DNA from: Nitrososphaeria archaeon | GTDB lineage: Archaea > Thermoproteota > Nitrososphaeria > JACIWG01 | NCBI GenBank assembly: GCA_963760525.1 | Contig: CAVXDT010000003.1 | Span: 99,638 to 163,637, forward strand | Direction: 5' to 3' | Length of the DNA: 64,000 bases | Shown here: one piece after another, positions 1 through 9,163 of the stretch | How positions within the stretch are numbered: the stretch's first letter is position 1 | Layout: every line of letters begins with the position of its first letter | Notes under the pieces: generated by a model | Seen by the model: the letters and a program-made list of their open reading frames with translations, nothing else | Database searches by the model: none | What the model was told of the DNA's origin: nothing | Program-made: the position numbers and the translations under genes

Positions 1-393
1 GAATTCAAACCTTATGTCACAAGAGCTATTCCAGTAACTGCTGTCATAACCTGCGCTGATAATACAGGCGCCAAGATGTTGAGAGTTGTACAGATCACAC
101 AATATAAGGGCAGACTAAGACGTATTCCCTCCGGTTGTGTTGGAGATAAGATTAGCGTAGTAGTGAAAAAAGGTCCTCCTGATCTAAAGAAACAAGTCTT
201 TTCAGCAATTATCGTTAGGCAAAGGTATCCAATAAGACGCGTTTACGGTCTAAGAGTCATGTTCGAAGATAATGCTGCAGTATTAATCACTCCCGAGGGT
301 GAAGTAAAAGGGACAGAGATAAAGGGGCCAGTTGCAGCAGAAGCTGCTGAAAGATGGCCTAGAATCGCCAGTCTCTCCTCGATAATTGCATAG
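1..393 (+). CDS. rpl14: 50S ribosomal protein uL14 (5' end cut by window edge)
   Basis: Frame 1 is open from nt 1. EFKPYVTRAIPVTAVITCADNTGAK precedes the first Met at 76. The ITCADNTGAK and GPVAAEAAERWPRIASLSSII motifs are typical of uL14. It is the first gene of the conserved uL14-uL24-eS4-uL5 order. Confidence 0.93.
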   Translation, partial: EFKPYVTRAIPVTAVITCADNTGAKMLRVVQITQYKGRLRRIPSGCVGDKISVVVKKGPPDLKKQVFSAIIVRQRYPIRRVYGLRVMFEDNAAVLITPEGEVKGTEIKGPVAAEAAERWPRIASLSSIIA

Positions 394-403
394 GTGAAAG
401 AGC

Positions 404-781
404 ATGTTTTCGCACAAACCTTCTAAAGTCAGGAAAAAGATATTCAATGCACCACTAAATAGATTAAGTAAATTGTTAAATTCACCACTATCAGAGGAGT
501 TGCGCAAGAAATATGGAAAAAGAAGCACAAGAGTCAAGAAGGGGGATAGTGTTAGAATCGCTAGAGGCGAGTTTACAGGAGTCGAAGGCAAAGTGATATC
601 TGTAAATCTAAAACATGGCAGCATAGTAGTGGAAGGTGTGTTCAGAGAAAGTGTCAAAGGAGAGCAGGCTCCTGTTAGGATTCACGCTTCAAAGGTAATC
701 ATTAACTCATTGAACCTTGATGACAAGAGAAGGAAAGCGCATCTTGAAGCAATAACATCCCAGATTGGGGGTGCTCAGTAA
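404..781 (+). CDS. rpl24: 50S ribosomal protein uL24
   Basis: KOW core KKGDSVRIARGEFTGVEGKVISV. Lies 10 nt after uL14, in the conserved operon position. Confidence 0.92.
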   Translation: MFSHKPSKVRKKIFNAPLNRLSKLLNSPLSEELRKKYGKRSTRVKKGDSVRIARGEFTGVEGKVISVNLKHGSIVVEGVFRESVKGEQAPVRIHASKVIINSLNLDDKRRKAHLEAITSQIGGAQ

Positions 782-1512
782 TGGGAAGCAAAGGTTCTTC
801 GAGACATATGAAAAGGAGCGTCGCACCTGCTTTCTGGAGGATTCCACGGAAAGAAGGGCGATTTGTTGTGAAACCATCGCCCGGTCCTCATCCTATAAGC
901 ACAAGTTACCCTCTATCAACATTATTGAGGGATGTTCTAAAGAATGTTAAGACGATGAGAGAGGCGAGGTCTCTGATAATATCAGGTAAAACCCTTGTTG
1001 ATGGTGTAGTTAGGAGAGAACCCAAATTTGCTGTTGGTTTAATGGACGCAATACAGTTCCCTTCTGTGAGCACAGCATATCGTTTACTTCCATCAAGTAA
1101 AGCCATGCTATATCCTATGAAAGTTGACATCGAGTCTGTCGGCACCAAGCTTTGTAAGGTGAAGTCCAAGCATAAGATTCGCTCTGGGTTTTTCTCATAT
1201 GGTTTGCATGACGGGCGCACAATCGTTTCCAAAGAAGACCTCGGACTTTCATCGCATGATAGTGTAATCTTAAAGGTTCCCAAGCAAGAGATAGTCTCAA
1301 AAGTCAAATTTGAGAAAGGTTCACTCGCGCTCTTGCTCAAAGGTAAATCCGCTGGAAAGGTCGGTGTCATTAAGGATATTGTAAATGGCAGTTTCTCTTC
1401 CGAGAAATCCGCTAATGTCGAAGTCGATGGTTCTATAATCAATGTACCAGCGCGTCTTCTGATCGTAGTAGGCGTAGACAAGCCTCTGATAGCAATGGGT
1501 GGTGCATACTAG
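781..1512 (+). CDS. rps4e: 30S ribosomal protein eS4
   Basis: N-terminus GSKGSSRHMKRSVAPAFW is typical of S4e. The ATG overlaps the uL24 stop (TAATG at 779-783). eS4 is specific to archaea and eukaryotes. Confidence 0.92.
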   Translation: MGSKGSSRHMKRSVAPAFWRIPRKEGRFVVKPSPGPHPISTSYPLSTLLRDVLKNVKTMREARSLIISGKTLVDGVVRREPKFAVGLMDAIQFPSVSTAYRLLPSSKAMLYPMKVDIESVGTKLCKVKSKHKIRSGFFSYGLHDGRTIVSKEDLGLSSHDSVILKVPKQEIVSKVKFEKGSLALLLKGKSAGKVGVIKDIVNGSFSSEKSANVEVDGSIINVPARLLIVVGVDKPLIAMGGAY

Positions 1513-2037
1513 ATGAATGTCCAAGGTTTAAGAAATCCAATGCTCAGAATATATGTCTTCAAAGTAGTCCTAAACATTGGAGTTGGCAAGTCAGGCGACC
1601 CTATAGAAAAAGCAAAACAGGTTCTGAAACAGATAACTAGTCATGAGCCTGTGGAAACTAAAGCTAAGAAGTCTATTAGGGACTTCGGCATACATGAACA
1701 TGAGCCAATAGGTGTGAAGATAACATTGATGGGTGATGAAGCAGTACAGCTTCTGAAGCGACTTCTAATAGTCAAGGGTCTAAAGCTCCCAGCTTCTTGC
1801 TTCGATGAAGAGGGTAATTTCTCGTTTGGAATAAAAGAACATATTGAAATCCAAGGGGTAAAATATGATCCCGAAGTTGGGATATATGGATTAGATGTCA
1901 ATGTTAAACTTGAGAGACCTGGTTACAGGGTTGCGCGGCGCGCGCGTTGTCCTTCTCAGGTAGGAAAAAAGCACAAGGTTAGAAGGGAAAACGCAATCGA
2001 ATTCGTTAAGCAGAATTTCAATGTGGAGGTTGTCTAA
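1513..2037 (+). CDS. rpl5: 50S ribosomal protein uL5
   Basis: Directly abuts the eS4 stop. Segments NIGVGKSGD and [21 protein letters not shown] resemble uL5. Operon position fits. Confidence 0.92.
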   Translation: MNVQGLRNPMLRIYVFKVVLNIGVGKSGDPIEKAKQVLKQITSHEPVETKAKKSIRDFGIHEHEPIGVKITLMGDEAVQLLKRLLIVKGLKLPASCFDEEGNFSFGIKEHIEIQGVKYDPEVGIYGLDVNVKLERPGYRVARRARCPSQVGKKHKVRRENAIEFVKQNFNVEVV

Positions 2038-2203
2038 ATTGGTTAAAATACGTCATGGTAAACCTAGGAAATTTGGTAAAGGTTCTAGAATATGTAGGCG
2101 ATGCGGTGCCTACGGTCCAGTAATTCAAAAATATGGGTTGCTCTACTGTAGACAATGCTTCAGAGAGGTCGCAGAGAAGCTTGGCTTCAAGAAATATGAA
2201 TAG
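2021..2203 (+). CDS. rps14: 30S ribosomal protein uS14 (zinc-ribbon type)
   Basis: Motifs CRRCG...CRQCFRE and C-terminal GFKKYE. An in-frame TTG at 2039 preceded by GGAGGT (2025-2030) is a plausible alternative start. Confidence 0.9.
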   Translation: MWRLSKLVKIRHGKPRKFGKGSRICRRCGAYGPVIQKYGLLYCRQCFREVAEKLGFKKYE

Positions 2204-2605
2204 GTGAAAGTGATGGCAGCCAAAAACGTGATTTCAAACCTGTTCAGCACGATTTACAACAACGAACTGAGAAGAAAGAAAGAATGTATAGTAGCGCCAA
2301 CCTCGAATCTTGCCAGAGAAATCCTTCGCGTTCTCCAAAAGAACGGATTTGTCGGAGAATTCGAACATATCGACGACGGAAGAGGTGGTAAGTTTCGAGT
2401 ACAATTACTCGGGAGAGTTATCAAATGCGGTCCAATAACACCGAGATTCAATGTCAAAAAGAGCAAATACGATCTCTGGGAAAGAAAATATCTTCCCTCA
2501 TTTGGATATGGAATGCTAATCGTGACGACCCCAATGGGTGTAATGTCGCAAATAGAAGCTAGAAACCAAGGCCAAGGCGGTAAACTATTGGGGTATATTT
2601 ACTAG
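2204..2605 (+). CDS. rps8: 30S ribosomal protein uS8
   Basis: GTG start immediately after the uS14 stop. The C-terminus GGKLLGYIY and the operon position are typical of uS8. Confidence 0.9.
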   Translation: MKVMAAKNVISNLFSTIYNNELRRKKECIVAPTSNLAREILRVLQKNGFVGEFEHIDDGRGGKFRVQLLGRVIKCGPITPRFNVKKSKYDLWERKYLPSFGYGMLIVTTPMGVMSQIEARNQGQGGKLLGYIY

Positions 2606-2618
2606 GAGATGTTTTACT

Positions 2619-3140
2619 TTGGTTGAAATTGTTCTAGCCGTTCCTGAAAAGATTTCTGCAACGCTCGAAGGCAGTGTCCTGAAAGTCAAAGGTCCACTTG
2701 GTGTGGTGCAGAAAGACTTCTCCAAGGTAAGAGCTTACATAGAATCATCAAATAATTCGATCAAACTGAAATCGTATGGGGACAGAAGAAGAGATCGCGC
2801 TGTCTTCGGGACCGCATCATCGCTCATAGAGAATATGTTCACTGGCGTAACAAAAGGTTTCACTTACAAGCTGAAGGTAGTATCAGCTCATTTTCCTATT
2901 TCCGTTAGAGTTAAGGAAGGCCTTATTTTCATCGAGAACTTTTATGGTGAGAAGGCGCCTAGAATAGCGAAGATAGTCGGTTCATGCAAGATCTCTATTG
3001 AAGGTGACGATGTTATCGTGCAAGGTATATCAAAAGAAGATGCTGGTCAAACAGCTGCTAACATGGAATCAGCGACAAGGGTAAGGAAAAAAGATCAAAG
3101 AGTGTTTTTGGATGGGGTGTATGTATATGAACAAAGCTAA
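2619..3140 (+). CDS. rpl6: 50S ribosomal protein uL6
   Basis: TTG start. Two-domain uL6-like sequence (LKVKGPLG..., FTYKLKVVSAHFPISV). Operon position fits. Confidence 0.9.
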   Translation: MVEIVLAVPEKISATLEGSVLKVKGPLGVVQKDFSKVRAYIESSNNSIKLKSYGDRRRDRAVFGTASSLIENMFTGVTKGFTYKLKVVSAHFPISVRVKEGLIFIENFYGEKAPRIAKIVGSCKISIEGDDVIVQGISKEDAGQTAANMESATRVRKKDQRVFLDGVYVYEQS

Positions 3141-3522
3141 AGTTGAGAAGAAGCCAGAATCAAGGAAGAAACCCAGTTTTGTTAGGCCTGAATCTTGGAG
3201 ATATGATAGGCTCAAACCAAATTGGAGAAAACCGAAAGGTCTAGACAATAAAGTTAGGAAGGAATTTAAAGGATGGCCTCCTAGAGTAAAAGTCGGCTTT
3301 AGGTCGCCAAGAAAAGTCAGAGGCCTTCATCCTTCAGGCTATAAGGAAGTCTTAGTCCACAACATAAAGGAGATTCAAATCGTGGATTCCAGTGTTGAAG
3401 TAGCCAGAATAGCTGCGACGGTCGGCATGAAGAAGAAGATTGAGATTTCGAAAAAGGCTAAGGAATTAGGAGTGCGGGTATTAAATCCTCGGAGGTTGAA
3501 GAAAGTTGAATCTAAAGAATAA
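3112..3522 (+). CDS. rpl32e: 50S ribosomal protein eL32
   Basis: Motifs RPESWRYDRLKPNWRKPKGLDNKVR and PSGYKEVLVHN are typical of L32e. The start could instead be the Met at 3121 or 3127. Confidence 0.9.
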   Translation: MGCMYMNKAKVEKKPESRKKPSFVRPESWRYDRLKPNWRKPKGLDNKVRKEFKGWPPRVKVGFRSPRKVRGLHPSGYKEVLVHNIKEIQIVDSSVEVARIAATVGMKKKIEISKKAKELGVRVLNPRRLKKVESKE

Positions 3523-3934
3523 GAGAGAACTTGTAGCAAGGACTTTGGGTGTAGGCCTATCCAGAATCAAACTTATGCCAGACGCTGCAGAACATCTACA
3601 GGATGCCATAACAAGAGAAGAAATACGCTCATTAATAGATCAGAAAGCTATTGTAATAAAGCAGAAAAAAGGTGTCTCCCGTGCACGCGTTAGGAAGAAA
3701 GGTAAAAGAGGGCAAGGATCAAGGAAAGGTGCAAAAGGTGTCAGACAAGGCAAGAAACAGCTTTGGGTAAAGAAAGTCAGAGCCCAAAGAAGACACATAA
3801 GTTACCTGCTTGATCATGGCATAATAAGCAAAGAGAATTACAAGAAGCTTTATCTCTGGGTCAAAGGAGGACAAATAAGGTCTGTTCGAAGACTGGATGA
3901 GATTGCTAGGGAAATGGGAAGGGGAGGTGCTTAA
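3506..3934 (+). CDS. rpl19e: 50S ribosomal protein eL19
   Basis: Lys/Arg-rich L19e-like sequence (KKGVSRARVRKKGKRGQGSRKGAKGVRQGKK). Operon position fits. Confidence 0.9.
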   Translation: MNLKNKRELVARTLGVGLSRIKLMPDAAEHLQDAITREEIRSLIDQKAIVIKQKKGVSRARVRKKGKRGQGSRKGAKGVRQGKKQLWVKKVRAQRRHISYLLDHGIISKENYKKLYLWVKGGQIRSVRRLDEIAREMGRGGA

Positions 3935-3936
3935 GA

Positions 3937-4530
3937 TTGAAGAGAAAATATATCATGCTATATAGAAGGAGAAGGGAAGGCAAGACGAACTATCATAGAC
4001 GGAAGAAGGTGATACTAGGTCATCTGCCATTTGCAGTGACAAGAATAACAGACAAAAACATTCTCATACAACTTGTGAAAGCTGAACTTAAAGGTGATAT
4101 TGTTATAGAATCTGTTCATTCGAGACAACTCCGAAAGTTCGGATGGCCTTTTACATGCAAGAGCATTCCGGCATGCTACCTCTCTGGCCTAATTCTGGGA
4201 TGTAAAGCCAAGAACCTGGTCAATTCTGAAGTGTTGGTCTACAAGGATGTAAAGCCTTTCATCAGAGGATCTAGAATCTCAGCTGCCATCAACGGGATGA
4301 TTGATGGCGGTTTAAAAGTCAAAGCTAACCCTGAAAGTTTCCCAAACGAAAAGAGGGTCAAAGGTGACCACATCGTGCAATATGCGAAGAGTATTAAAGA
4401 TTCTGACTTAGATGCCTACAACAAAAGATTCTCCAACTACATTCGAGAGGGTCTTAATGTGGAAGAGATGCCAGAGATATTTGAGAAAGTTAAGAGACAG
4501 ATTATTGAAAAAGGAGGTGTCTTGGGTTGA
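3937..4530 (+). CDS. rpl18: 50S ribosomal protein uL18
   Basis: RRRREGKTNYHRRKK N-terminal motif. The start is either TTG 3937 or ATG 3955. Confidence 0.9.
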   Translation: MKRKYIMLYRRRREGKTNYHRRKKVILGHLPFAVTRITDKNILIQLVKAELKGDIVIESVHSRQLRKFGWPFTCKSIPACYLSGLILGCKAKNLVNSEVLVYKDVKPFIRGSRISAAINGMIDGGLKVKANPESFPNEKRVKGDHIVQYAKSIKDSDLDAYNKRFSNYIREGLNVEEMPEIFEKVKRQIIEKGGVLG

Positions 4531-5171
4531 GTAGATATAGTTCGCAAAGAGAAAGGGAAAGAGAAAGTCTGGAATCTTGGGTTCCTAAGACAAAGCTTGG
4601 AAAGCTCACACTTGAAGGAAAAATTGGAGATTTGCACGAAGCCTTTGAATTAGGATACAAAATCATGGAGCCTGAAATTGTGAAAACTCTTCTTAAGGAT
4701 TTGACTACTGAAATAGTTGGTGTGACAGTGGTACAGAAACAGACAGATGCTGGAGAAGTCACTAAGTTCAGAGTTATTGTGGCTACAGGAAATAGGAATG
4801 GATGGTTCGGTGTCGGAATAGGTAAGGCAAAGACTATGCGCACAGCCATTGACAAGGCAACCAATGATGCGCTTCTGGGGATTGTGCCAGTCGAACTTGG
4901 ATGCGGAAGTTGGGAGTGTAGATGTGATCAGCCACATTCTTTACCCTATAAAGTGGAAGGAAAATGTGGTAGCGTCCGTGTCCAAATGATTCCAGGTCCA
5001 AGAGGGTTAGGCTTGGTGGCTGGAGAAAACGTAAAAAAGTTGTTATCTCTCGCCGGGTTAAAGGATGTATGGACCAGAACATATGGAGCGACAAGCACTT
5101 ACCCTTCAATAGCATACGCAATTTACGATTCACTTAAGAAGGTGCATATTCTAGAGCATATTAGAGAGTGA
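4527..5171 (+). CDS. rps5: 30S ribosomal protein uS5
   Basis: The TTG start overlaps the uL18 stop (TTGA). dsRBD-like FRVIVATGNRNGWFGVGIGKA and C-terminal GAGLKDVWT-like segments are present. Confidence 0.9.
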   Translation: MSRYSSQRERERESLESWVPKTKLGKLTLEGKIGDLHEAFELGYKIMEPEIVKTLLKDLTTEIVGVTVVQKQTDAGEVTKFRVIVATGNRNGWFGVGIGKAKTMRTAIDKATNDALLGIVPVELGCGSWECRCDQPHSLPYKVEGKCGSVRVQMIPGPRGLGLVAGENVKKLLSLAGLKDVWTRTYGATSTYPSIAYAIYDSLKKVHILEHIRE

Positions 5172-5178
5172 AGCATGG

Positions 5179-5643
5179 ATGCCATCCTTGTTAGTTGTTA
5201 GAATACGGGGGACTGTCAACATCAGATATGATGTTAAAGAAACGTTAAGGCTCTTAAGGCTTTGGAGACGTTACAGTGCCACGATTATTCCTGAAAACGA
5301 CTACTATCTTGGAATGCTGAAGGTAGCAAAAGATCAAATAGCATGGGATATCTTAGACTTCGAGACAGCAAAGCTCCTACTTACCAAAAGAGGCAAATTC
5401 ATCGGGAACAAGGCTTTTGACGATTCCCTTGCAAAAGCTGAGGGATTCGAGAACGTGGACAAGATGATTGGAGCCATCGTTGACGGACAAGCCAATCTCA
5501 ACCGGTTCAAGACTATGAAGCCTTACTTCAGTTTAGCCCCTCCCAAAGGTGGTTTCAAGCGTTCTACAAAGAAACATTACAACATAAAAGGTGTTCTAGG
5601 CAAAAACAAAGAACTGATGGCTTTGGTTTCCAGAATGATCTAA
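5179..5643 (+). CDS. rpl30: 50S ribosomal protein uL30
   Basis: LLVVRIRGTVNIRYDVKETLRLLRL N-terminus is typical of archaeal L30. Operon position fits. Confidence 0.9.
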   Translation: MPSLLVVRIRGTVNIRYDVKETLRLLRLWRRYSATIIPENDYYLGMLKVAKDQIAWDILDFETAKLLLTKRGKFIGNKAFDDSLAKAEGFENVDKMIGAIVDGQANLNRFKTMKPYFSLAPPKGGFKRSTKKHYNIKGVLGKNKELMALVSRMI

Positions 5644-5716
5644 GCAACTAGATCAGAATGAGTTGACAACATAAGGATAATAATATGATGATGTAATTGT
5701 TTTGGAGGTAGAGAAA

Positions 5717-6205
5717 ATGGCTTGGGACAAGAAGAAGAAAAGGAGATGGTTTGACGTCTTTGATGAATTTGACGAAAAGTTTGATCAATTGGTAGACCAA
5801 ATGTTCAAGTCCTTTAATTTGGAAGAAGCGGATAAGGAAAGCAAGAAGAAATATGGCCCATATGTGTATGGTTTTTCCATAACTGTGAGCCCTGATGGTA
5901 AGCCCGAGATAAGGGAATTTGGGAATGTTAGGAAGACGGAACAAGGTAGGATAATATCTGATGTTAGAGAGCCTTTAATTGATGTCATGGACCGAAGTAC
6001 AGAGGTCATCGTTATAGCTGAACTCCCTGGAGTAAGGAAGGAGGATATTCGTCTCAGCGGAAGGAAGAACGAGTTAAGACTTTCTGTAGATTCAGATGAA
6101 GTTAAATACGAAAGAGTAATATCGATTCCTCCAAATGCAGACACACAGTCTATGAGTGTACAATACAACAATGGTATTTTAGAAATTAGATTGAAGAAGA
6201 AATAA
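5717..6205 (+). CDS. small heat-shock protein, Hsp20/alpha-crystallin family
   Basis: Alpha-crystallin domain: PLIDVMDRSTEVIVIAELPGVRKEDIRLSG...NGILEIRLKKK. ATG at 5717 is preceded by GGAGG (5704-5708). The ORF track start at 5702 is an upstream TTG. Confidence 0.85.
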   Translation: MAWDKKKKRRWFDVFDEFDEKFDQLVDQMFKSFNLEEADKESKKKYGPYVYGFSITVSPDGKPEIREFGNVRKTEQGRIISDVREPLIDVMDRSTEVIVIAELPGVRKEDIRLSGRKNELRLSVDSDEVKYERVISIPPNADTQSMSVQYNNGILEIRLKKK

Positions 6206-6221
6206 TAGTTAAGGTGATAGA

Positions 6222-6659
6222 ATGCCTACAAGAATTAGAAAGGTAAGAAAATTCCGTGGTTCAAGAACATGCGGTTGGGGGCAGGTAGCTCAGCATAGGG
6301 CATCTGGACAGAAGGGTGGCGTGGGCCAAGCTGGGTTGCACAAACATAGGTGGAGTTGGACTGTGAAGTATGATCCTGATCATTTCGGAAAGGATGACAT
6401 GCATCCTCCCCAAAGTTTCAAACCGAAGAAATGGGTAAATGTGGGATCTTTGGATGAGCTCTTCTACAAAATTACCACTTCAGGTGAGATTGATCATGAA
6501 GAAGGAAAACCTGTGCTTAACTTGAAAGCTTTGGGCGTTGAGAAGTTGCTGGGCGGGGGTTCTGTAACAGGTTCCTACGTAGTTGTAGTTGATAAATTTA
6601 CCAAAGATGCAAAAGGAAAAATTGTTGGTTCAGGTGGACTGATCAAAGGGTCGAGCTGA
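6222..6659 (+). CDS. rpl15: 50S ribosomal protein uL15
   Basis: RKVRKFRGSRTCGWG..GGVGQAGLHKH N-terminus is typical of uL15. It lies immediately upstream of secY. Confidence 0.9.
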   Translation: MPTRIRKVRKFRGSRTCGWGQVAQHRASGQKGGVGQAGLHKHRWSWTVKYDPDHFGKDDMHPPQSFKPKKWVNVGSLDELFYKITTSGEIDHEEGKPVLNLKALGVEKLLGGGSVTGSYVVVVDKFTKDAKGKIVGSGGLIKGSS

Positions 6660-6661
6660 AC

Positions 6662-8080
6662 TTGGGGATTTTCTCCGGTTTCATCAAGGGTTTCTCTACA
6701 ATCATTCCAGAAGTTCCTAAACCCATCAGGAAACTTTCACTTAACGAACGTATCTTGTGGACTGCAGCCGCGCTGGTCATATACTTCATCATGATTGAGA
6801 CGCCATTGTACGGCGTTGCTGCAGCAAGTGACACTTTAACATATTCGCGAATAATCTTTGCTTCGGCCAGAGGTACGCTGATGGAGCTGGGGATAGGTCC
6901 TATAGTGACAGGTGGCTTGATAATTCAACTTCTTCAAGGTGCTGAAATTGTCAAACTAGATCTTAACAATACTGAAGACAGGGCTCTTTTCACTTCTGCA
7001 ACAAAGATACTTACTATTATTATCGCATTAGTAGAATGTGCTGCATATCTGATTGGAGGCGCGTTTGGAACAAGCCTAACACCCCAAGCAACTGTAATTG
7101 TTGTAATACAACTGCTTCTAGCAACTACTATCGTTATGCTCTTAGATGAGATGGTTCAGAAAGGCTGGGGGATAGGTAGCGGAATCAGTCTCTTCATATT
7201 TGCTGGTGTTGCCGTGCAAATAATATGGGGTATACTAAGTCCTCTACCAGTAACAGAGGCAAACAATGTCACATCACCCTATGGTTTCATTCCATATGTA
7301 ATCACAAAGCTTCAAAACCGAACAGGCTCTGAAATCTTCTATAGAAGTTCAGGATTCCCCTCAATTCTAACGGTTATGTTGACACTCGCGGTTATTCTAC
7401 TTATTGTATATGTGGAAGGGCTTAGAGTTGAAATCCCAATCACTTCAGCCAAATTTAGGGGGTTTGGAGGAGTATATCCAATAAAATTCCTTTACGTCTC
7501 GAACATCCCAATTATACTAACTTCAGCACTTCTAACAAACATAACTTTCTTCTCACAAATGGCTTGGGCTAGACTTAATCCAAATAATGACAACTTCATT
7601 CTCAACGTTTTTGGCACTTTCAACAGCACAGATAATAAACCGATAGGAGGTCTGGCCTACTACATAACTCCACCGAGAGGGCTTGCTGCTCTATCAGCTG
7701 ATCCTGTGCATGCTATTGTTTTCGTATTATTGCTCGTAGGTTTCTCTGTACTCTTCGCTCGAATATGGGTTGAAATAGGCGGTCTCTCTCCTGACGCTGT
7801 TGCCAAAAATCTTGTGGATGCCGGTGTCCAAGTTCCAGGATTCAGAAGGTCAGAAATGAGCATAAGCCAGATACTGAATAAGTACATTCCAGCTCTTACG
7901 TTGGTGGGAGGTCTGTTCATTGGTCTTCTCGCTGCTTTCTCAGATCTCTTCGAGGTTTTGGGATCTGGCATTGGAATACTTCTTATGGTTGATATTGGTA
8001 TTCAATATTATCAGACGCTAGTACAGGAGCAGATTGAAGAGTTCATGCCTAGGCTTGGTGGTCTTCTTGGCAAGAAATAA
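6662..8080 (+). CDS. secY: preprotein translocase subunit SecY
   Basis: 472-aa polytopic protein with about 10 hydrophobic segments. SecY-like segments include GTLMELGIGPIVTGGLIIQLL. Conserved position after uL15. Confidence 0.93.
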   Translation: MGIFSGFIKGFSTIIPEVPKPIRKLSLNERILWTAAALVIYFIMIETPLYGVAAASDTLTYSRIIFASARGTLMELGIGPIVTGGLIIQLLQGAEIVKLDLNNTEDRALFTSATKILTIIIALVECAAYLIGGAFGTSLTPQATVIVVIQLLLATTIVMLLDEMVQKGWGIGSGISLFIFAGVAVQIIWGILSPLPVTEANNVTSPYGFIPYVITKLQNRTGSEIFYRSSGFPSILTVMLTLAVILLIVYVEGLRVEIPITSAKFRGFGGVYPIKFLYVSNIPIILTSALLTNITFFSQMAWARLNPNNDNFILNVFGTFNSTDNKPIGGLAYYITPPRGLAALSADPVHAIVFVLLLVGFSVLFARIWVEIGGLSPDAVAKNLVDAGVQVPGFRRSEMSISQILNKYIPALTLVGGLFIGLLAAFSDLFEVLGSGIGILLMVDIGIQYYQTLVQEQIEEFMPRLGGLLGKK

Positions 8081-8124
8081 TACTATTATCTTCAGTCTAA
8101 CGAGCTTGGCGAGGTCCCAGCAAT

Positions 8125-8607
8125 ATGATTGAACAAGCTTTATTTGATGTCGCTTGGAATCAGATGCCATTTTCCACGATACTCCTAGTGATTACAGCTT
8201 TAGGATTGAATCTGGTTTCCCAGATAGCTACTCGCTTTCTTGTGGATGTCAAGGAATCTAGGCGCATCGCTTCTGAAGCGAGAGAGTTTCGTAAAGAGCT
8301 GATGGATGCCATTAAGAAAGGGGATAAGGTAAAGGAGGAGAAGCTGAAAAAGAAAGAGAAGAGCATTAGGGAAATGGAGTTGAAGTCTTCAAACCAACGT
8401 TTGAAGTCATCATTTATCTTCATAATACCATTCATGCTAATCTACTATTTTGTGTCATCTATTATTGGATCTGCTTCGATTGTCGCGAAATCTCCAACTA
8501 GCCTTCTGATAGTGGGGCAAGACTTGCAACTTTTCTGGTGGTATCTAATAACATCATTCGCCTTCTCAACAATGATATCTAAGTTGGCTGGGACAAGCCT
8601 TGACTAG
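8125..8607 (+). CDS. DUF106-family membrane protein (archaeal Oxa1/YidC-like, EMC3/TMCO1 superfamily)
   Basis: Architecture is TM1, then a Lys/Glu-rich coiled coil (KKGDKVKEEKLKKKEKSIREMELK), then two C-terminal TMs. About 160 aa. Conserved neighbourhood between secY and cmk in archaea. Confidence 0.6.
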   Translation: MIEQALFDVAWNQMPFSTILLVITALGLNLVSQIATRFLVDVKESRRIASEAREFRKELMDAIKKGDKVKEEKLKKKEKSIREMELKSSNQRLKSSFIFIIPFMLIYYFVSSIIGSASIVAKSPTSLLIVGQDLQLFWWYLITSFAFSTMISKLAGTSLD

Positions 8608-9160
8608 CCCTAAGAACGTTGTAATCGCTATCAGCGGCCTTCATGGTGTTGGGAAAACTTCTCAAGCGAGAAGACTAGCAGAATGGCTTGGGTTAAGACA
8701 TGTTTCTGGCGGTTTAAAATTCAGAAAACTCGCTAAGTCAAAGGAAATGACCCTGACAGAACTTTCTTCAATAGCTGAGAAATCAGACGAAATTGACAGA
8801 TCGCTGGATGGCTCGATGGTCGAAGAAGGGAATGGAGGCAATGTTGTCGTAGATTCCTTGCTTTGCACCTGGTTCTTAAAAGACATTGCTACCGTCAAGA
8901 TCTTCCTTTTCGCTCCGGAACAAGTAAGAATACAGAGAATCGCCTTAAGAGACAAGAAAGCATACAAGGAAGCATATGAAGAAACGATCACTAGAGAGTC
9001 AAGTGAATTAAATCGATTTAGGAAATTCTATGGCATAACTTTGGAGGATGTCAAGAATTCATGCCATCTACTACTTTCAACAGAAGACATGAGTGAACAC
9101 GAAGTGTTTTCTATTCTTAAACACTATATTCAAATCAAATTAAGTAAACTGAGGCAATGA
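8600..9160 (+). CDS. cmk: cytidylate kinase, archaeal type
   Basis: P-loop ISGLHGVGKTS, then GLKFRKLAK...IDRSLD and RIQRIALRD...RESSELNRFRKFYGI. This matches the archaeal Cmk pattern rather than AdkA. Confidence 0.75.
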   Translation: MTSPKNVVIAISGLHGVGKTSQARRLAEWLGLRHVSGGLKFRKLAKSKEMTLTELSSIAEKSDEIDRSLDGSMVEEGNGGNVVVDSLLCTWFLKDIATVKIFLFAPEQVRIQRIALRDKKAYKEAYEETITRESSELNRFRKFYGITLEDVKNSCHLLLSTEDMSEHEVFSILKHYIQIKLSKLRQ

Positions 9161-9163
9161 GCC

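Noticed and set aside
1-6. The window starts with GAATTC (EcoRI site), suggesting a cloning boundary.
   Set aside because: A single 6-mer at an arbitrary window edge is not evidence. GAATTC occurs many times inside the window.
906-1481. 191-aa ORF antisense to rps4e. Similar long antisense ORFs occur at 283-657, 4502-4864, 5785-6171, 31331-31753 and 44794-45132.
   Set aside because: They lie entirely within, and opposite to, genes with strong family signatures. Their composition is Ser/Leu/Thr-rich and low in complexity, and they have no motifs. They are ordinary shadow ORFs.
1933-1946. GC-only tract GCGCGGCGCGCGCG in rpl5, and CGCGCGCGC at 55879-55887, as possible Z-DNA or regulatory elements in an AT-rich genome.
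   Set aside because: The first simply encodes the Arg/Ala-rich ARRARC segment of uL5. The second is short and isolated. Neither has a supporting pattern.
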